A stretch of 64,000 bases of DNA from assembly GCF_009914755.1 (NCBI RefSeq), contig NC_060926.1, one strand, 5' to 3'. Under the pieces are notes generated by a model. It did no database searches and was not told where the DNA came from. It saw only the letters and a list, made by a program, of their open reading frames with translations. The translations under genes and the position numbers were made by a program. Below are positions 28,829-43,245 of the stretch, piece by piece. Each line of letters starts with the position of its first letter. The first letter of the stretch is position 1. The DNA comes from the human T2T-CHM13v2.0 reference genome, Homo sapiens.

Positions 28829-28951
28829 TCTGGGCACAGTGCCACCACATGCCTGTAGTCCTAGCAACAGGGGCTGCTGTAGTGCATGATGATCACACCT
28901 GTAAGTAGTCCAGCCTGGGCAACATAGAGAAACTACATCTCTTAAAAAAAA
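28829..28951 (+). mobile_element. FAM-like Alu monomer, internally deleted
   Basis: tgcctgtagtcctagc...gatcacacctgt...tccagcctgggcaacatag plus A tail. Confidence 0.7.
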
Positions 28952-29006
28952 ATCCATGAAAATATTCATAATAAAGAATTATTTTAAAGAGTCAACCAAG
29001 AGTCCC

Positions 29007-29445
29007 TGTGTTCGTTTCCTAGGGCTGCCATGACAAATCATCACAAACCAGGGGCTTAAAACAACAGAAATTTATTCTCTCACAGTTCAAGAAGCTAGAA
29101 GTCCAAAAGTGAGGTGCTGGCAGGACATGTTCCCTTCCTTGCCTCTTCCTGGCCTCTGGGTTCCCAGAAATCCTTAGCATTCCTTGGTTTGTAGATGCAT
29201 CTCTCCAATCTCCCCCTCCATTGCTGTGTTACTTTCTTTCCTGTGTGTGTTTGTGTGTGTGTCTCATTTTCTCTCTCATTTCTCTTATAAGGACACCAGT
29301 CATTGGATTTAGGGCCGACCCTAATCCAGTATGACCTGATCTTAATTAATTACAAAGGCTCTATTTGCAAATAAGGTCATATTCTGAGGTTCTGGGTGCC
29401 ACTTGAATTTTTTGGGAGTTGTGGGACATTATTCAACCCAATACA
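29007..29445 (-). mobile_element. MLT1B-type MaLR solo LTR
   Basis: tttcctagggctgcc...aaacaacagaaatttattctctcacag...attcaacccaataca; TSD gtccc. Confidence 0.88.
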
Positions 29446-29551
29446 GTCCCTCTGTTTCATACTAGAAAACTAGAGATATCATTAGGCAGACTATGCACAA
29501 ATGATAGCTGCAGGCAAAAACTTGGAGGATGAAGAGTTTAAACCTTCAGGG

Positions 29552-29887
<336 letters not shown>

Positions 29888-29931
29888 TCAGGTAGAAGTT
29901 AAGATTTAAACTTACCCTCCATGTAGACATT

Positions 29932-30278
29932 TGATATGGTTTGACATGTGCCCCTCCAAAATTCATGCTGAAAGTTAGTCCCCACTGTGGTGGTATTAAG
30001 AGGTGGGGCATTTGGGGAAGTGAACAAGTCTTGAGGGCTCTGCCCTTATGAATGAATTAATGGCTTCATAAAAGAGGTTTCAGAAGCAGTTTGCCCCCCT
30101 CACTCTTCCACTCTTCTGCCAGATGAGGATGCAGCAAGAAGGCCCTCATCAGACACCAGATGCTGGTGCCTTGATCTTGGACTTCCCAGCCTCCAGAACT
30201 GTGGGAAAGAATTTCTTGTTCTTTTCAAATTACCCATTCTCAGGTATTTTATTATAGCAACACAAATGGACTAAGACA
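29932..30278 (+). mobile_element. MST (MSTD-like) MaLR solo LTR
   Basis: tgatatggtttg...aatggactaagaca. Confidence 0.85.
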
Positions 30279-30711
30279 ATGTTTCATAAACCTCTGACAG
30301 TTTTGGAACTATGAAAGAATGCTATTGAATGCTATTGCTCTAGTTGACAATGAAGGTAAGCATTGCTTACCTTGAATAAAACACTCAAGCCATTTTAGAA
30401 GCTCACATGATGAGACATCATTTTCTATCCACTGGTGTTCTTGTCAGTGCCTTTTGTGATGTGCTACTGTTCTGAGGAGCCCCTTACCTGGAGGTGGGGG
30501 AGCCCCTGGATACCATGAGACTGGGGCAATGAAGGGGTCTGCAGAGACTAGAAAAATGCTCAGGCTAGAATAGCCAAGTCAGGAGAGCAGGGCAAGTCAG
30601 AGGACAAGAAATAGAGCAGTGACAGCTAATCTAGTCACTGGTAATAAGAATTGGGGCCACTGTGTCCAGACCATCTCACACAATAATTAGAGTGCATTTA
30701 TAGAGTGTTGC

Positions 30712-30995
30712 TTTGGGAGGTTGAGGCATGAGGATCGTTTGAGGCCAGGAGTTCGTGATCAGCTTGGGCAACACAAGGAATCCTCATCTGTATAAAAAAC
30801 TAAAAAATTAGCCAGGAGTGGTGGTGAGCGCCTGCAGTCCCAGCTACTCAGGAGGCTAAGGAAAGAGGATCACTTGAGCCTAGGAGTTTGAGGCTGCAGT
30901 GAGCCATGATCATGCCACTGCACTCCACTCTTGGCGACAGAGTGAGACCTTGTCTCTAAAAATGTATATAAATAATAAAATGAACAAGAAATAAA
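30712..30995 (+). mobile_element. AluJ, slightly 5'-truncated
   Basis: Diverged dimer; TSD atagagtg. Confidence 0.9.
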
Positions 30996-32326
30996 ACATA
31001 GAGTGCTTACTATGACTAAATATTTATTCCTTTAACTTTTATTACAACCCTGTGAGGGGATTGCTATTTTTACCATCTCTGAGGCCCAGAGAAGGTATAG
31101 TTGTCAGTTCCCAGAGGTGCTCCTGTGATTCTTACCTCCTGATATTTACACCCCTGTGTGCTTCCCTTCTCTGTTGAATCAGGGCTGCCCTTGGTCCCTG
31201 ATACGTGTCTATGGAGGATATGCTTCTGCAGCTCAGGCTTGGCACCCTTTTGCACAAGCTGGTGACATGTACCCCTTCACTGTAGGTAACAGATACAGAG
31301 ATGCTCCTACCTCCAGCTGAGGTCCTGAACCAGCCATGCCTGCCCCTTCTGGCCCATCCTCTGGGGGCTGAAGAAGGACAGGCATGATTCTGCTAGTGAA
31401 GGAGAAAGGTGAGGAGATTGCCCTAGCCCCCAAATATATCTGTTCCTGCTGTCAGGCAATCCAAAAGCCTTAAGGAGACAAAGCCTTTTGTTCTGTAATT
31501 ATGGCAGATATGAAATTTAAAGGGCAAATACCACTGGAAGAAAGAAGTAGACACTGTCTTGAACTCACACTAAATTATTCTGAGAACTGAGTTCAGAGCA
31601 GGGCGAGACAAGAGAGCAGGGCTGGGGTTGGTGGTGAGGGGTGAGAAGAATCCACAGAAGGAGGAAAGGGCAAGCAGAAAGGGAAGGCTTGGTTCAACCA
31701 AAACAAACACTGTTTCTTCCAACTAGTCCTGTTTGGAAGAGCTTTTGGGGTCCATCTTCTGAAATCTCCAAATTGTGGCAAGGACAATGCTGAGTAAGTA
31801 GCTGCCTGAAGGACAGGGGTGGGTGAAAGTCGTTGGATTCATTTACCGGATACCAATTTGCCAGAAAAGGAAGTGGGGGTGTCAGGGACATTATTTCCAC
31901 TTCCTGGTTACATGTTCAAACATGGAACAACTGAGTTCTAACAGGATGAGGGAATAAAATAGGCGACCACCCCAGGCGGCACCACACCCAACACATTTCA
32001 GAAAGGAGTGAGAACTAGTAGTGTTTGTAAGAGCCTCCAGAGAGCAGTGCCTAGTTGCCACTTTAAATAAAGGACACCAATGGTACCTCTAAGAATATGT
32101 ATACTTAAAAGCCAGCTACAAAAGGTTGGACACAACCTCTTTGCTTTTGAATAAAATTAAATAAGTTGTGATCCATTCAGACAATGGAATACAGGTAACC
32201 ACTAAAGAAATCTGGCTGCTTTCTATGTGTTGGTATGGAATGATCACCAATATAAACATGAAAAATAAAAACAGGCAGAACAGTCTGGGTAATATGCTAC
32301 ATAGTGTTTAAAACATTTTACCACAA

Positions 32327-32618
32327 GGTGCAGTGGCTCACACCTGTAATCCTAACATTTTGAGAGGCTGAGGCAGGCCAACTGCTTGAGCCCAGGAGTT
32401 TGAGACCAGCCTGGGCAACATAGCAAAACCCCATCTCTACAAAAAAGTACAAAAATTAGCCAGGAATTGTGGTGCACACCTGTGGTCCCAGCTACTCAGG
32501 AGGCTGAGGTGGGGGGATGGCTTGAGCCCAGGAGCTTGAGGCTACAGTGAGCTGTGATTGCACCACTGCACTGCAGCCTGGGAGACACAGCAAGACCCTG
32601 TCTCAAAAAACAAAAAAC
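32327..32618 (+). mobile_element. AluJ SINE
   Basis: Dimer; TSD aaaacattttta(c)cac / aaaacattttactac. Confidence 0.92.
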
Positions 32619-32719
32619 ATTTTACTACATCTGTGCAATATAATAGCATATGCATATTCTAGCAGGTGCATAGAAAGTCCCTAGAAAAAAACACATGAAT
32701 GTATTTTATATGTGTTCTA

Positions 32720-32960
32720 TGTATGAGAGCTATAAAAAATAATGAGGACTGGGTTACAAGTCAGGATTCTCCCTGTGAGGAGTATGGAATGCCGGGGGCT
32801 TTTGGGGTGCAGCCAATATTCTGTTTCTTGACCTGGGCGCTGATCACACGATATGTTCAGTTTATGAAAGCTTATGCAACTGTATTATGACTTGTGTGCT
32901 TTTCTGTGTTATACTCCACTACAATTTTCCAAAAATAAAATAAAATAAAATTGAATTAAA
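32720..32960 (+). mobile_element. Old L1ME 3' end
   Basis: aatattctgtttcttgacctgggcgctg...cttttctgtgttatac plus A-rich tail. Confidence 0.65.
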
Positions 32961-33599
32961 AAAGCATAACTCCAGCATCAGGCAATCCAAGAGATTCTCA
33001 ATCCCTTTCTCAGCAGGATTAGTCCTGACTATTACTCACACGCTCAATTCAGGACAGGGGATGAAAGGGGCTTACTTTTCAACGTTCTCCAATCTGGCCT
33101 CATTTATTCTTCCTTCACACTGACCTCAGCCTCTTGTTTATCAATTGCTTCAGGTCTTTTTTTTTTTTTTTTCCAAAACAGATTTAGCCACAGTTGTTCA
33201 TCTGTTCAACAAAGTCTGCCCGTTGTCCAATCTGCGGCTCTCCAGGGCTGGGGTGTTGAAGAGAACCTGCTGGCTGTGAAACAAAAGGAAAGTTGTTTCA
33301 TTTCATGCCGGTACTTTTCAGTGTGAGCAAGCACGTTTCTTGTCTTTTAAAAAAGGTAAAGACTTAATTCTTCCACCCTTTAAATTGAGGAGAAAGAAAA
33401 AAATACAATTTTCTTGATATTTTTCCTAAGGGGTAACAGATTGCCCCAGAAAGAAAAATCAAATACTCTCCGATCCCATTTTCAAAATTGATTCTAGGCA
33501 TTCTCTTGGAGGATGTTGAATCTTTGCCCAGTGAGTTCAGAGCAGCAACCAAGATTCACACACATCTGGAATACAGAGCACCCTAGAGAAGGAGCAGGA

Positions 33600-33765
33600 A
33601 GGAACCTGGCATATACTGAAGGCCTACTGTGCGCCAGGCACTATGCTAGGCACTTCCATCATTATTGCATTCATATCATGATAACTTTATAGGTAGATAC
33701 TGTTATTTTGCTCAGCTTGCGGAAGAAAACAAAACCTCAGAGTGGTTCCGTATCTCACCTGAGGT
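33600..33765 (-). mobile_element. MIR SINE (resumes ~34390-34435)
   Basis: ctactgtgcgccaggcactatgctagg...; agccaagatttgaatccagg. Confidence 0.7.
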
Positions 33766-33789
33766 TCTACGCTATACCTATCCCAACAC

Positions 33790-34385
<596 letters not shown>

Positions 34386-35216
34386 CATCTAGAAAGTGGT
34401 GAAGCCAAGATTTGAATCCAGGTTAGCCTGACTCCTTCCTTTAGAGACACCTCCAGGCTTCATTATGAACCTGCCTAACCACTGAAAAATGGCCATTATT
34501 GATTCTAGTGTTTGCAAAGGAAATAAGTGGCAATATCAACAACACTTAGATACCTCTTAATAAAGAGGCCAGTACAGGCGGCACCAAGCTCCATTGAGAA
34601 GGTCTGAATCTTCCCACTACCCACTGGAAGCTGTTGTCTTTTCAACAAAAGGTGAGGATCTGGAAATGCCTGCAAGACTTCTGAGGTGCCAGGCATCCCT
34701 CCTTCCACCATAAGATGATGGGCTAGGGCCCATCATCTAGGAGATACTTGAGCCTATCCCCTAGATATCTAGGTTAGGAGTTCTCTGGAAGCTCTGTGAT
34801 AAGTGTCGTCTGGAATCCCGAGCAAAGTTCTGTGAGCTTCAAGAATAACTTTTTACCAGGTTTCTTTTAAAAATGAGAGCCCTAGCCGTGTTCCCCAACA
34901 CCCATCCCCGGCTACTGCCCCTGTGGTAACCCACTCTCTCCAAAGGCTCATGTGCTTGTCTGTGTTGGGGTCAGCCCTGATACTGGGTCCCATGCTGCTC
35001 CAAATCTTTCTGCTGTGCTGTGTGGCTCTATGAGACTAAGGTAAGAATGTGCTTCACTGGATATAAGAAAGGCCCACTCACCCTGGGGCACTGAGATTCT
35101 GTCAAGGCAGGTCAGCGAAGGAGCATTCTATGGGAAGTTGAGTTATTCTCCCAAGAGAGACTAGAGAAGGTATAGAAGGTATTTCCTATTTTATTTTTTT
35201 TAGCATCCCCTGCAGC

Positions 35217-35755
35217 TGAAGGGGAGCAGAATATACTGCCTGAAAATATGCCACTTTGTTGTATGGGTTATTTTGAGTTGAATGCCATTGAGAATCAACA
35301 GATGCACAAAGACTTCTCAAAGCTTTCTTTATCTAAGAGCAGAAACTTCTGAGAAATGACAGTTTCCATCAGTCCTTTCAGGGGAGTTTTATGGCCATGA
35401 AGAAGATGGCAAGTCAGCACTGAGATGAGTCTGCACACACAAACTTTACTAAAAACCCTTATCGGCCATTGGCTTCCCCATATATTCACCTTCCCACAAT
35501 TAACCACCCCTGGAAGCTCAAAACGCTTTTCCTTTGTCTTGCCACTTCTCCACAAATACATTGCCCTTTGTTTGGATGGTAGATAAGGCTTGTGGTCTGA
35601 CCACCTTTCTAGAGTTTTCATTTCATTTCTGAGAGGTCTTCTCTAGGCATATCAAATGAACATTTTTCTCCTGTTCACCTGTCAGCTTATTTTGCAGGGT
35701 CCCAGTCACTGAACCTAAGAGGGTAGAGGAAAAAGGTTTTCCTTCTTCCTCAACA
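35217..35755 (+). mobile_element. MER34-family ERV1 solo LTR
   Basis: tgaaggggagcagaatat...aaaatatgccactttg...ttccttcttcctcaaca. Confidence 0.8.
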
Positions 35756-35977
35756 CAACTTTGATCCATACCTCAAACATTTAATTGGCACCTGGTCTGA
35801 GGCAGGCACTGCCTTAAACTTCTCATTCTAAGTACCTCTTTCATGGCCTCACTACCTTCTCTCCTTTGAGAGGCTTCCAGGCCCCACCTTAGGGCATAAA
35901 GCCTCCTGCTTCCCCAGTGCCCACACAGGCCCCAGCATCCAGTCAGTGCCCAGCAAGTATTCAGTCAATAAACTTCA

Positions 35978-36282
35978 GGCCAGGCATGATGGATCACGCC
36001 TGTAATCCCAGCACTTTGGGAGGCCAAGGTGGGCGGATCACTTGAGGTCAGGAGTTTGAAACCAGGCTGGCCAACCTGGCAAAACCCCGTCTCTACTAAA
36101 AATACAAAAATTAGCCGAGCATGGTGGCACGTGCTTGTAGTCTCGGCTACTCTGGAGGCTGAGGCACAAGGATTGCTTGAACTCAGGAGGTGGAGGTTAC
36201 AGAGAGCTGAGATTGCACCACTGCATTCCAGCCTGGGCGACAGAGAGAAACTCTGTCTCAAAAAAACAGAAAAAGAAAAAAA
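35978..36282 (+). mobile_element. AluS SINE
   Basis: Full dimer with A-rich tail. Confidence 0.95.
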
Positions 36283-36809
36283 CATAAATTTTAGGGAAAG
36301 ATTCAAAAGTTGAGGGGAGGAAACGCTGCAAACTAGAGAGTTAAAAACTAATTATTCTTTAGACAGGGGCCTCAAAATCGCCTCAATCAATATTACCGAA
36401 TAATTAAGCAAACTTTACATTCACACTCTTGGCAAACAAAAGGATTTTTCTAATAAGCTAATCATTAGAAGAGATTGCAAGAGGGAGTTTAACTTAATTA
36501 AGAGGATAGTTCACAAACCTGTTGTTTTATCCATTTCCAAATAATAGGCTTACTTACAAATTTCAAGTGTGCCTTAGGAATTTGTTAAAGAAGTCTAAGA
36601 CTTGTCATTAGGCAAGATTTTAGATCAGTGAGTTTATGTTCACCCTTAAAAGAAAAAAAACAGTGAATACCTTTTAAGTACCCCAATCCTAACTTTTTGC
36701 CAATTCAAAATAACCTTAACTTTTTCCACACGTAGTACATGGAGAAGTGTCCTTGCAAAGTATCTTAAGAATGTAGCTTAGTGTCTTCTTTTGTCAAACA
36801 GAGATAGTA

Positions 36810-37104
36810 GCTAGGTGTGGTGGCACGCACCTGTAGTCCCACCTACTGTGGAGGCTGAGGCGGGAGGATCACTTGAGCCTAGGTGTTCTGGGCTGCAGTG
36901 AGCTGTGACCATCAGGTGTTTGCACTAAATTTAGCATCAATACAGTGATCTCCCAGGAGCAGGGAACCACCAGGTTGTCTAAGGAGAGGTGAACCAACCC
37001 AGGTCAGAAATGGAGCAGGTCAAAGTTCCAGGGCTGATCAATAGTGGGATGGTGCCTGTGGATAACCACTGCACTTCAGCCTGGGCAACATAGTGAGACC
37101 CTCT
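36810..37104 (+). pseudogene. 7SL (SRP RNA) retropseudogene, full length
   Basis: Alu-domain ends enclosing the 7SL S-domain (gcactaaatttagcatcaata...accaccaggttgtctaaggagaggtgaacc...ggagcaggtcaaa); CpG-decayed; near-TSD aaacagagatagta / aaacagaaatatta. Confidence 0.95.
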
Positions 37105-37400
37105 TTTGTGTGTGTGTGTGTGACAGAGTCTCGCTCTGTCTGCCAGGCTGGAGTGCAGTAGCACAATCTCGGCTCACAGCAACCTCCGCCTCCTGGCTCA
37201 AGCAATTCTCCTGCCTCAGCTTCCTGAGTAGCTGGGATTACAGGCGTGTGCCACCACACCCAGCTAATTTTTGTATTTTTAGTAGAGACGGGGTTTCACC
37301 ATGTTGGCCAGGCTGGTCTCGAACTCCTGACCTCAGGTAATCCTCCCGCCTCAGCCTCCCAAAGTGCTGGGATTACAGGCACGAGCCACCGCACCTGGCC
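37105..37400 (-). mobile_element. AluS inserted at the 3' end of the 7SL copy
   Basis: Antisense dimer with a (TG)n-converted tail; TSD core gaccctctt on both sides. Confidence 0.95.
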
Positions 37401-37692
37401 AATGTGACCCTCTTAAAAAACAGAAATATTAATGGCACCTCTATTGCAGGATGGTCACTGAGAATTCAGTGAGATTGTGACAGGGAAAATATTTTGGGAA
37501 ATTTTTAAATTTTTTTTTTTTTTAACACTGTATTTATGTCCTATATCTCTTGGCCTTCTCCCATTTCGTCTGTAGTCTTTTACTGCCTTGCAGCATTCAT
37601 TGCCTCAGGGGGCAAATGACATGACAGAAAAGCAGCACAACAGTTTAGGAGCTGTCAGAAGAAAGCCTTTTGAACTGCAAAGTTTAAGTCTG

Positions 37693-37988
37693 GGCCTGGC
37701 GCAGTGGCTCAGGCCTGTAATCCCAGCACTTTGGGAGGCCGAGGCTGGCAGATCACCTGAGGTCAGGAGTCTGAAATCAACCTGGCCAACATGGCGAAAC
37801 CCCATCTCTACTAAAAATACAAAATTTAACTGGGCTTGGTGGCAGGATCTGTAGTCCCAGCTACTTGGAGGCTGAGGCAAGAGGATGGCTTGAACCTGGG
37901 AGGTGGAGTTTGCAGTGAGTCGAGATTGCACCACTGCATTCCAGCCCAGGTGACAGAGCAAGACTGTCTCAGAAAAAAAAAAAAAAAA
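37693..37988 (+). mobile_element. AluS SINE
   Basis: Full dimer; TSD aagtttaagtctg / aagtataagtctg. Confidence 0.95.
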
Positions 37989-38989
37989 GTATAAGTCTGA
38001 AATAATTGAAGGTGTCAAGTTTGTGCCCTAAATATTGGAACTGGAAAAACAATCAGATTGCCCTGTCTCCAGGAATATGGGATTATCAGGACTATGGAAG
38101 GGAGGAAAGAAGCAAAGCGAGGCAGAAAGTTGGCAGGGTCCCTGAGAGAGGGGCCTGCAGCTTGCTCCTTGCCCAGGGACTTGATCTAGAGTCCCTGATC
38201 TGCAATGATGAGTGACAGGAAAGCAGAGAGGACTGGTGCCTCCTGTCCCCAGGGCAGAGGAATTGTTTTCAAAATGTGCTCAGACAGAGAGGCTGTAGGT
38301 CAGAACCAGGTGCTGGAAACAGTGGCTTGCTCCCTGTGAACTACAAAGTGGTTTTGAGGTAGCAAAGAGAGTGATGGGTTTTAGATATGGAGTAAAGGAG
38401 GACCATCAAGCAGAAGCCTGCAAGAATGTCAGCCCTCACACTGCAACATAACAACAGGTGCCACTGTGGGTAGATAAGCACACGTAATAGCAAGTCCTAG
38501 CTACCGCCCATCACCTGGGAACTTAGACAAAACTTGGGATAGGGCAGGGACCCAAATCAATGAAATAAGGATGCTGCCACCTAGCAGAATGGACATTCAA
38601 AATAGAAATTAAAGTCATTTATAGAAAAAGTAAATACAATTGCATCATTGCTCAATTTTACACTTCTCATCCAGACCTTGAGATTTGCCCTCACTCTAAG
38701 ATAATGCATGTAGCTGCTTGATGTATAATATATGCTCAGTAAATGCTAGCTACTATTAATATTATTGTTACCTTTGATCCCAGGACAAGACCCTGAAGAA
38801 AGTTCTTGCACTCTTTAAAGAAAGTTCCATTACTTTCTTTTAGAGAATCAAGGAAGGAAAGGGGGGTCATTTTATTCCTCCCAAGGGACACTCAGGTTTG
38901 TCACATGAACAGTCATGGTGGGAAAATGGGTCATCAACAACCAGAGAGGACATCTGTGGAGCGTCTTTATGACTGATAGAGTAAGTTCC

Positions 38990-39320
38990 CTATGTCCCAG
39001 TTTGTTGTGGGAAGTTAGGTGGAACCATGTGACTAATTCTAGCCCATGCAATGGAACAGAAGTCAAATATGCTATTTTCCTGCACACTAAAACTTCTCTC
39101 CAACCAAAAACAAAGTACTCTGAGGGCCCAGCAGACAGGCAGAACCATGAGAGAGGAGGAGCCTGGGTTTCTGAGACGCTCCCTGGAGAAGAGCCCCTTG
39201 GAGAGAGCCAACTAGGACACTTAGGTTGGGCTGTTCCTAAGTTAGAAATAAGCTTTTCTTGGGTTAAGCCATTAAAACTTTGGGGCTGTTTGACACAGCA
39301 GTCTATCCTGATACACACTG
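38990..39320 (+). mobile_element. Old MLT1-type LTR fragment
   Basis: ccatgtgactaattctagcc...gttaagccattaaaactttgggg. Confidence 0.55.
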
Positions 39321-39789
39321 TACAAATACTAGAGTATGTTCAGTGAGTTCCTGTCAACACGATTGTGGGTTCCCCACCCCCGTACCCCTCTCCCACCCCT
39401 GCCACCACACTTCATCCTTCACAGCAGTCTCCTCGGAAGCCAGAGAGTGAGTGGGTATGACTGTACCTTATTTGCCTCGTAAATGTTCTTCCGGATTTAG
39501 ACATTAACAAGAGTGAGCATAAGTTGGTTTCATTTTTAGGAACTTGAAAATCCTAGATTTGAGAGCATTTTTAGAAATGAAAGGCACATTTGTAGTCATT
39601 TGGCCCAACCATTAAAACAAGCAGGGAGAAAACCGAACCCTTGACAGGGACTGCTGTAAGGCCACAGAGCTGGATAGTACTGACGCCAAAATCAGGACCC
39701 ACTTCTTCAGAGCTGCCTTCAATGTTCCTCTAGGTACTTTCAAATGTCCAGCATAGCATCACATTGACAACTCAAACTTCAAGATTGGA

Positions 39790-40270
<481 letters not shown>

Positions 40271-40832
40271 AAATTAGATTAAAAAGTTCTTAGCACACAT
40301 CTGACTCTAATAAAGTCTTAGTATGTTAGTTTCTGCTATTACTTAAAATAATACCAAAGTTGTATGAAAATAATGGGGCAACCTTAACAGAACCACATCA
40401 CACAGCTTCAGGATTATTTCCTCTGGGAACAGAACTATGCATTCCCTGCTCATGCTTTATTTGGGGCACTGGTTCCTTATCTTATAGGTAGGCCTGACTC
40501 CCTCCTCTATCAGATGGCAAACTTCCTGTGGCCTTTCTGTATCCTTCAGGGCATAGGAGTGTGACTTGCACTAAAGCTTGTTGGGGGCCGGAGCCTAGCA
40601 TGGGGAAGATAATTGCAAGCAGGCATGGGAGTCCCTAACACCCTATTCTTGGCCAGGGTCCCCATTCCTACCTCCTTCTTCAGAGCTCCAGCTCCTGCTC
40701 TGATGAAGAGAAGGCAGCCACTCCTGGCTGTCTAGCTGAATGGTCATTATTAAATATGTTGGGGCTCAGAAATTGATATTCTAAAATATGGTGCTTTGAC
40801 ATGCTGGACTGAAGAAGCAGCCTCAAGTTCTC

Positions 40833-41141
<309 letters not shown>

Positions 41142-41688
41142 CAAGGTCTCTCTGACCTCCCCGCCACTCCCTGCCTAGTCCTGTTTCTCAATTCTCTGTC
41201 TCTTCCAAAGCACGGGATAAATTGTTCTCCAAAGATCACTTATCTGCCTAAAGTTCAGACTCACCAAAGAAGACAACAATGACCTCTGGTCCCTTTCCCA
41301 AGTTTTCATTAACTGAACTGATATTGCAGGAAGAAAGACTGATGTCTGTCAACACACCTAGACAGACTTTTGTCACAAACCTGCTCTGCAGGCTCAACAG
41401 ACTTTGTCCCAGGCCATTGTATGCTCTCCAAGTCCATTTATTTTCCCCTAAAAATTATTTACTATCCTTCGAATTGCCACATTTCTCCCATCTCCCTTGT
41501 CCTGTGAAGAAGGGTGTATAAGCATCTGTACCTTGTTGGGTTATTGAGTAATTATTCTCCTTCAATTCCCCCGAGCTGTACACCTAAAAATAAAAATTTG
41601 TATACCTTTTCTCCTATTAATCTGTCTTTGGTCAGTTGATTTTCAGCAAGCCTTTAGAGGGTGAAGGGGAAGTTTTCTCTTCACCCCT

Positions 41689-42121
41689 TGCTATGGTTTG
41701 GATGTTTTGTCCCCTCCAAATCTCATGTTGAATGTGATCCCCAGTGTTTGGAGGTGGGCCTAGTGGGTCCACTCACTAGTCATGGAGGTGGATCCCTCAC
41801 GAATGGCTCGGTGCTGTCCTCAGGATAATGAGTGAGTTCTCACTCTGAGTTCACATGAGATCTGGTTGCTTAAAAGAGGGTGGCACCTCCCTGCTCCCCA
41901 CCCCTGGCCTTGCTCCTGCTCTTACCGTGTGACATGCTGGCTCTCCCTTCACCTTCCACCATGATTGGAAGCTTCCTGATTCCCTCACCAGAAGCTGAGC
42001 AGATGTTGGTGTCATGCTTCTTGTATAGCCTGCAGAACTGTGAGCCAATTAAACCTCTTTTCTTTACAAATAACCCAGTCTCAGACATTCCTTTATAGCA
42101 ACATGAGAACGGATTAACACA
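41689..42121 (+). mobile_element. MSTB-type MaLR solo LTR
   Basis: tgctatggtttggatg...ggattaacaca; TSD cccct. Confidence 0.9.
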
Positions 42122-43113
42122 CCCCTACACTAGAGAAGACTTTGACCTTGAGGAGGTCTAGAGAAGGTAGTAGCCACAGAAATGCTTGGCCACTAACAGG
42201 CAAACCTAATTTCTAGGCTCTCGCTATCAATCCATTCAGTCCTCAAGGCAAGAACTTCTATGAAAACCAGAAGATTGGAAAGCCTTGCTAATTCTAGCTA
42301 CTTGTTCTAGGGGTTACCATTCCCATTTGGGTACACCTATCTCTAGAAGCCAGGCTTGCTCTCAGAACCTTGACCACTTTACTTCATATCACACCCCCAG
42401 GGGACGGGGAGCTTTGGAGCATGAAATTCAGATTAAACTGGCTATAGCTCTGGAAAAGGGACAGATTGGAAACTACTCCTCTAAGAATCAGTTTTCCTAT
42501 TCATTGATTAGCATTTGAGGATTATCCAGGAATCAGAATATTCCAAGGCTGCTTCTGCCAGGAGGTCCCATTAGCAGTAAAACTTCAAATTTCCTTGGCC
42601 TAGGCTCCTGCTTGCATAACCCTGAACTTTGACCTCCCACTTTCATTTTAGGAGGCCTCAGTGGTGCACCATGAGCTCACAGACGACTTGGCCATGGAAG
42701 CCAAGGCAAGCATTGGCATGTCCACTTCTACCAGTCTGTGAGGAAGCCGAGGTCCCAGTCCAGGGCATCAACTCAGGGATCCTGGGCTGCCAGCCTTAGA
42801 GATGACAACTGTGCAGCCATCATCCCTGGGACCCTCACTATTCAGCGAGCCATGTTGGGTACCCCTTTAGGGGGTGAAATGAACCTCTCCCCAGCCCACA
42901 TGGCACAGTGACCCTTTTGTACCCAAGCAGCCTCTGCCAATGCCACTCTATGCACAGTTCAGGTTCAGATACCAGGCCAGAGCCTGTCACAGTGTAGACC
43001 CATGAATGTAGCGGGGTGCAAAACTGATATTTTTTAGCTAAAGAAACATCAAGTTAAAGGCTGCCAGCAGCTCCCAGGACTTGGTTGAAGCAGAAAGTCA
43101 TCTTGGAGCATAC

Positions 43114-43245
43114 TTTTTTTTTTTTTAGAAATGAGGTCTTGCTCTATCGCCCAGCTTGAACTCAAACTTTTGGGCTCAAGGGTTCCTCCCACCTCAGCCT
43201 CCCCAGTAGCTGGGACTACAGTCATGCTACCACCTCACCTGGCAA
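43114..43245 (-). mobile_element. Alu monomer (FLAM-like)
   Basis: Poly-T, ggtcttgctct...cacctcagcctcc...ctgggactaca. Confidence 0.8.

Noticed and set aside
31965-31985. CTCF-like motif accccaggcggcac
   Set aside because: Mismatches at key core positions; too weak without ChIP data.
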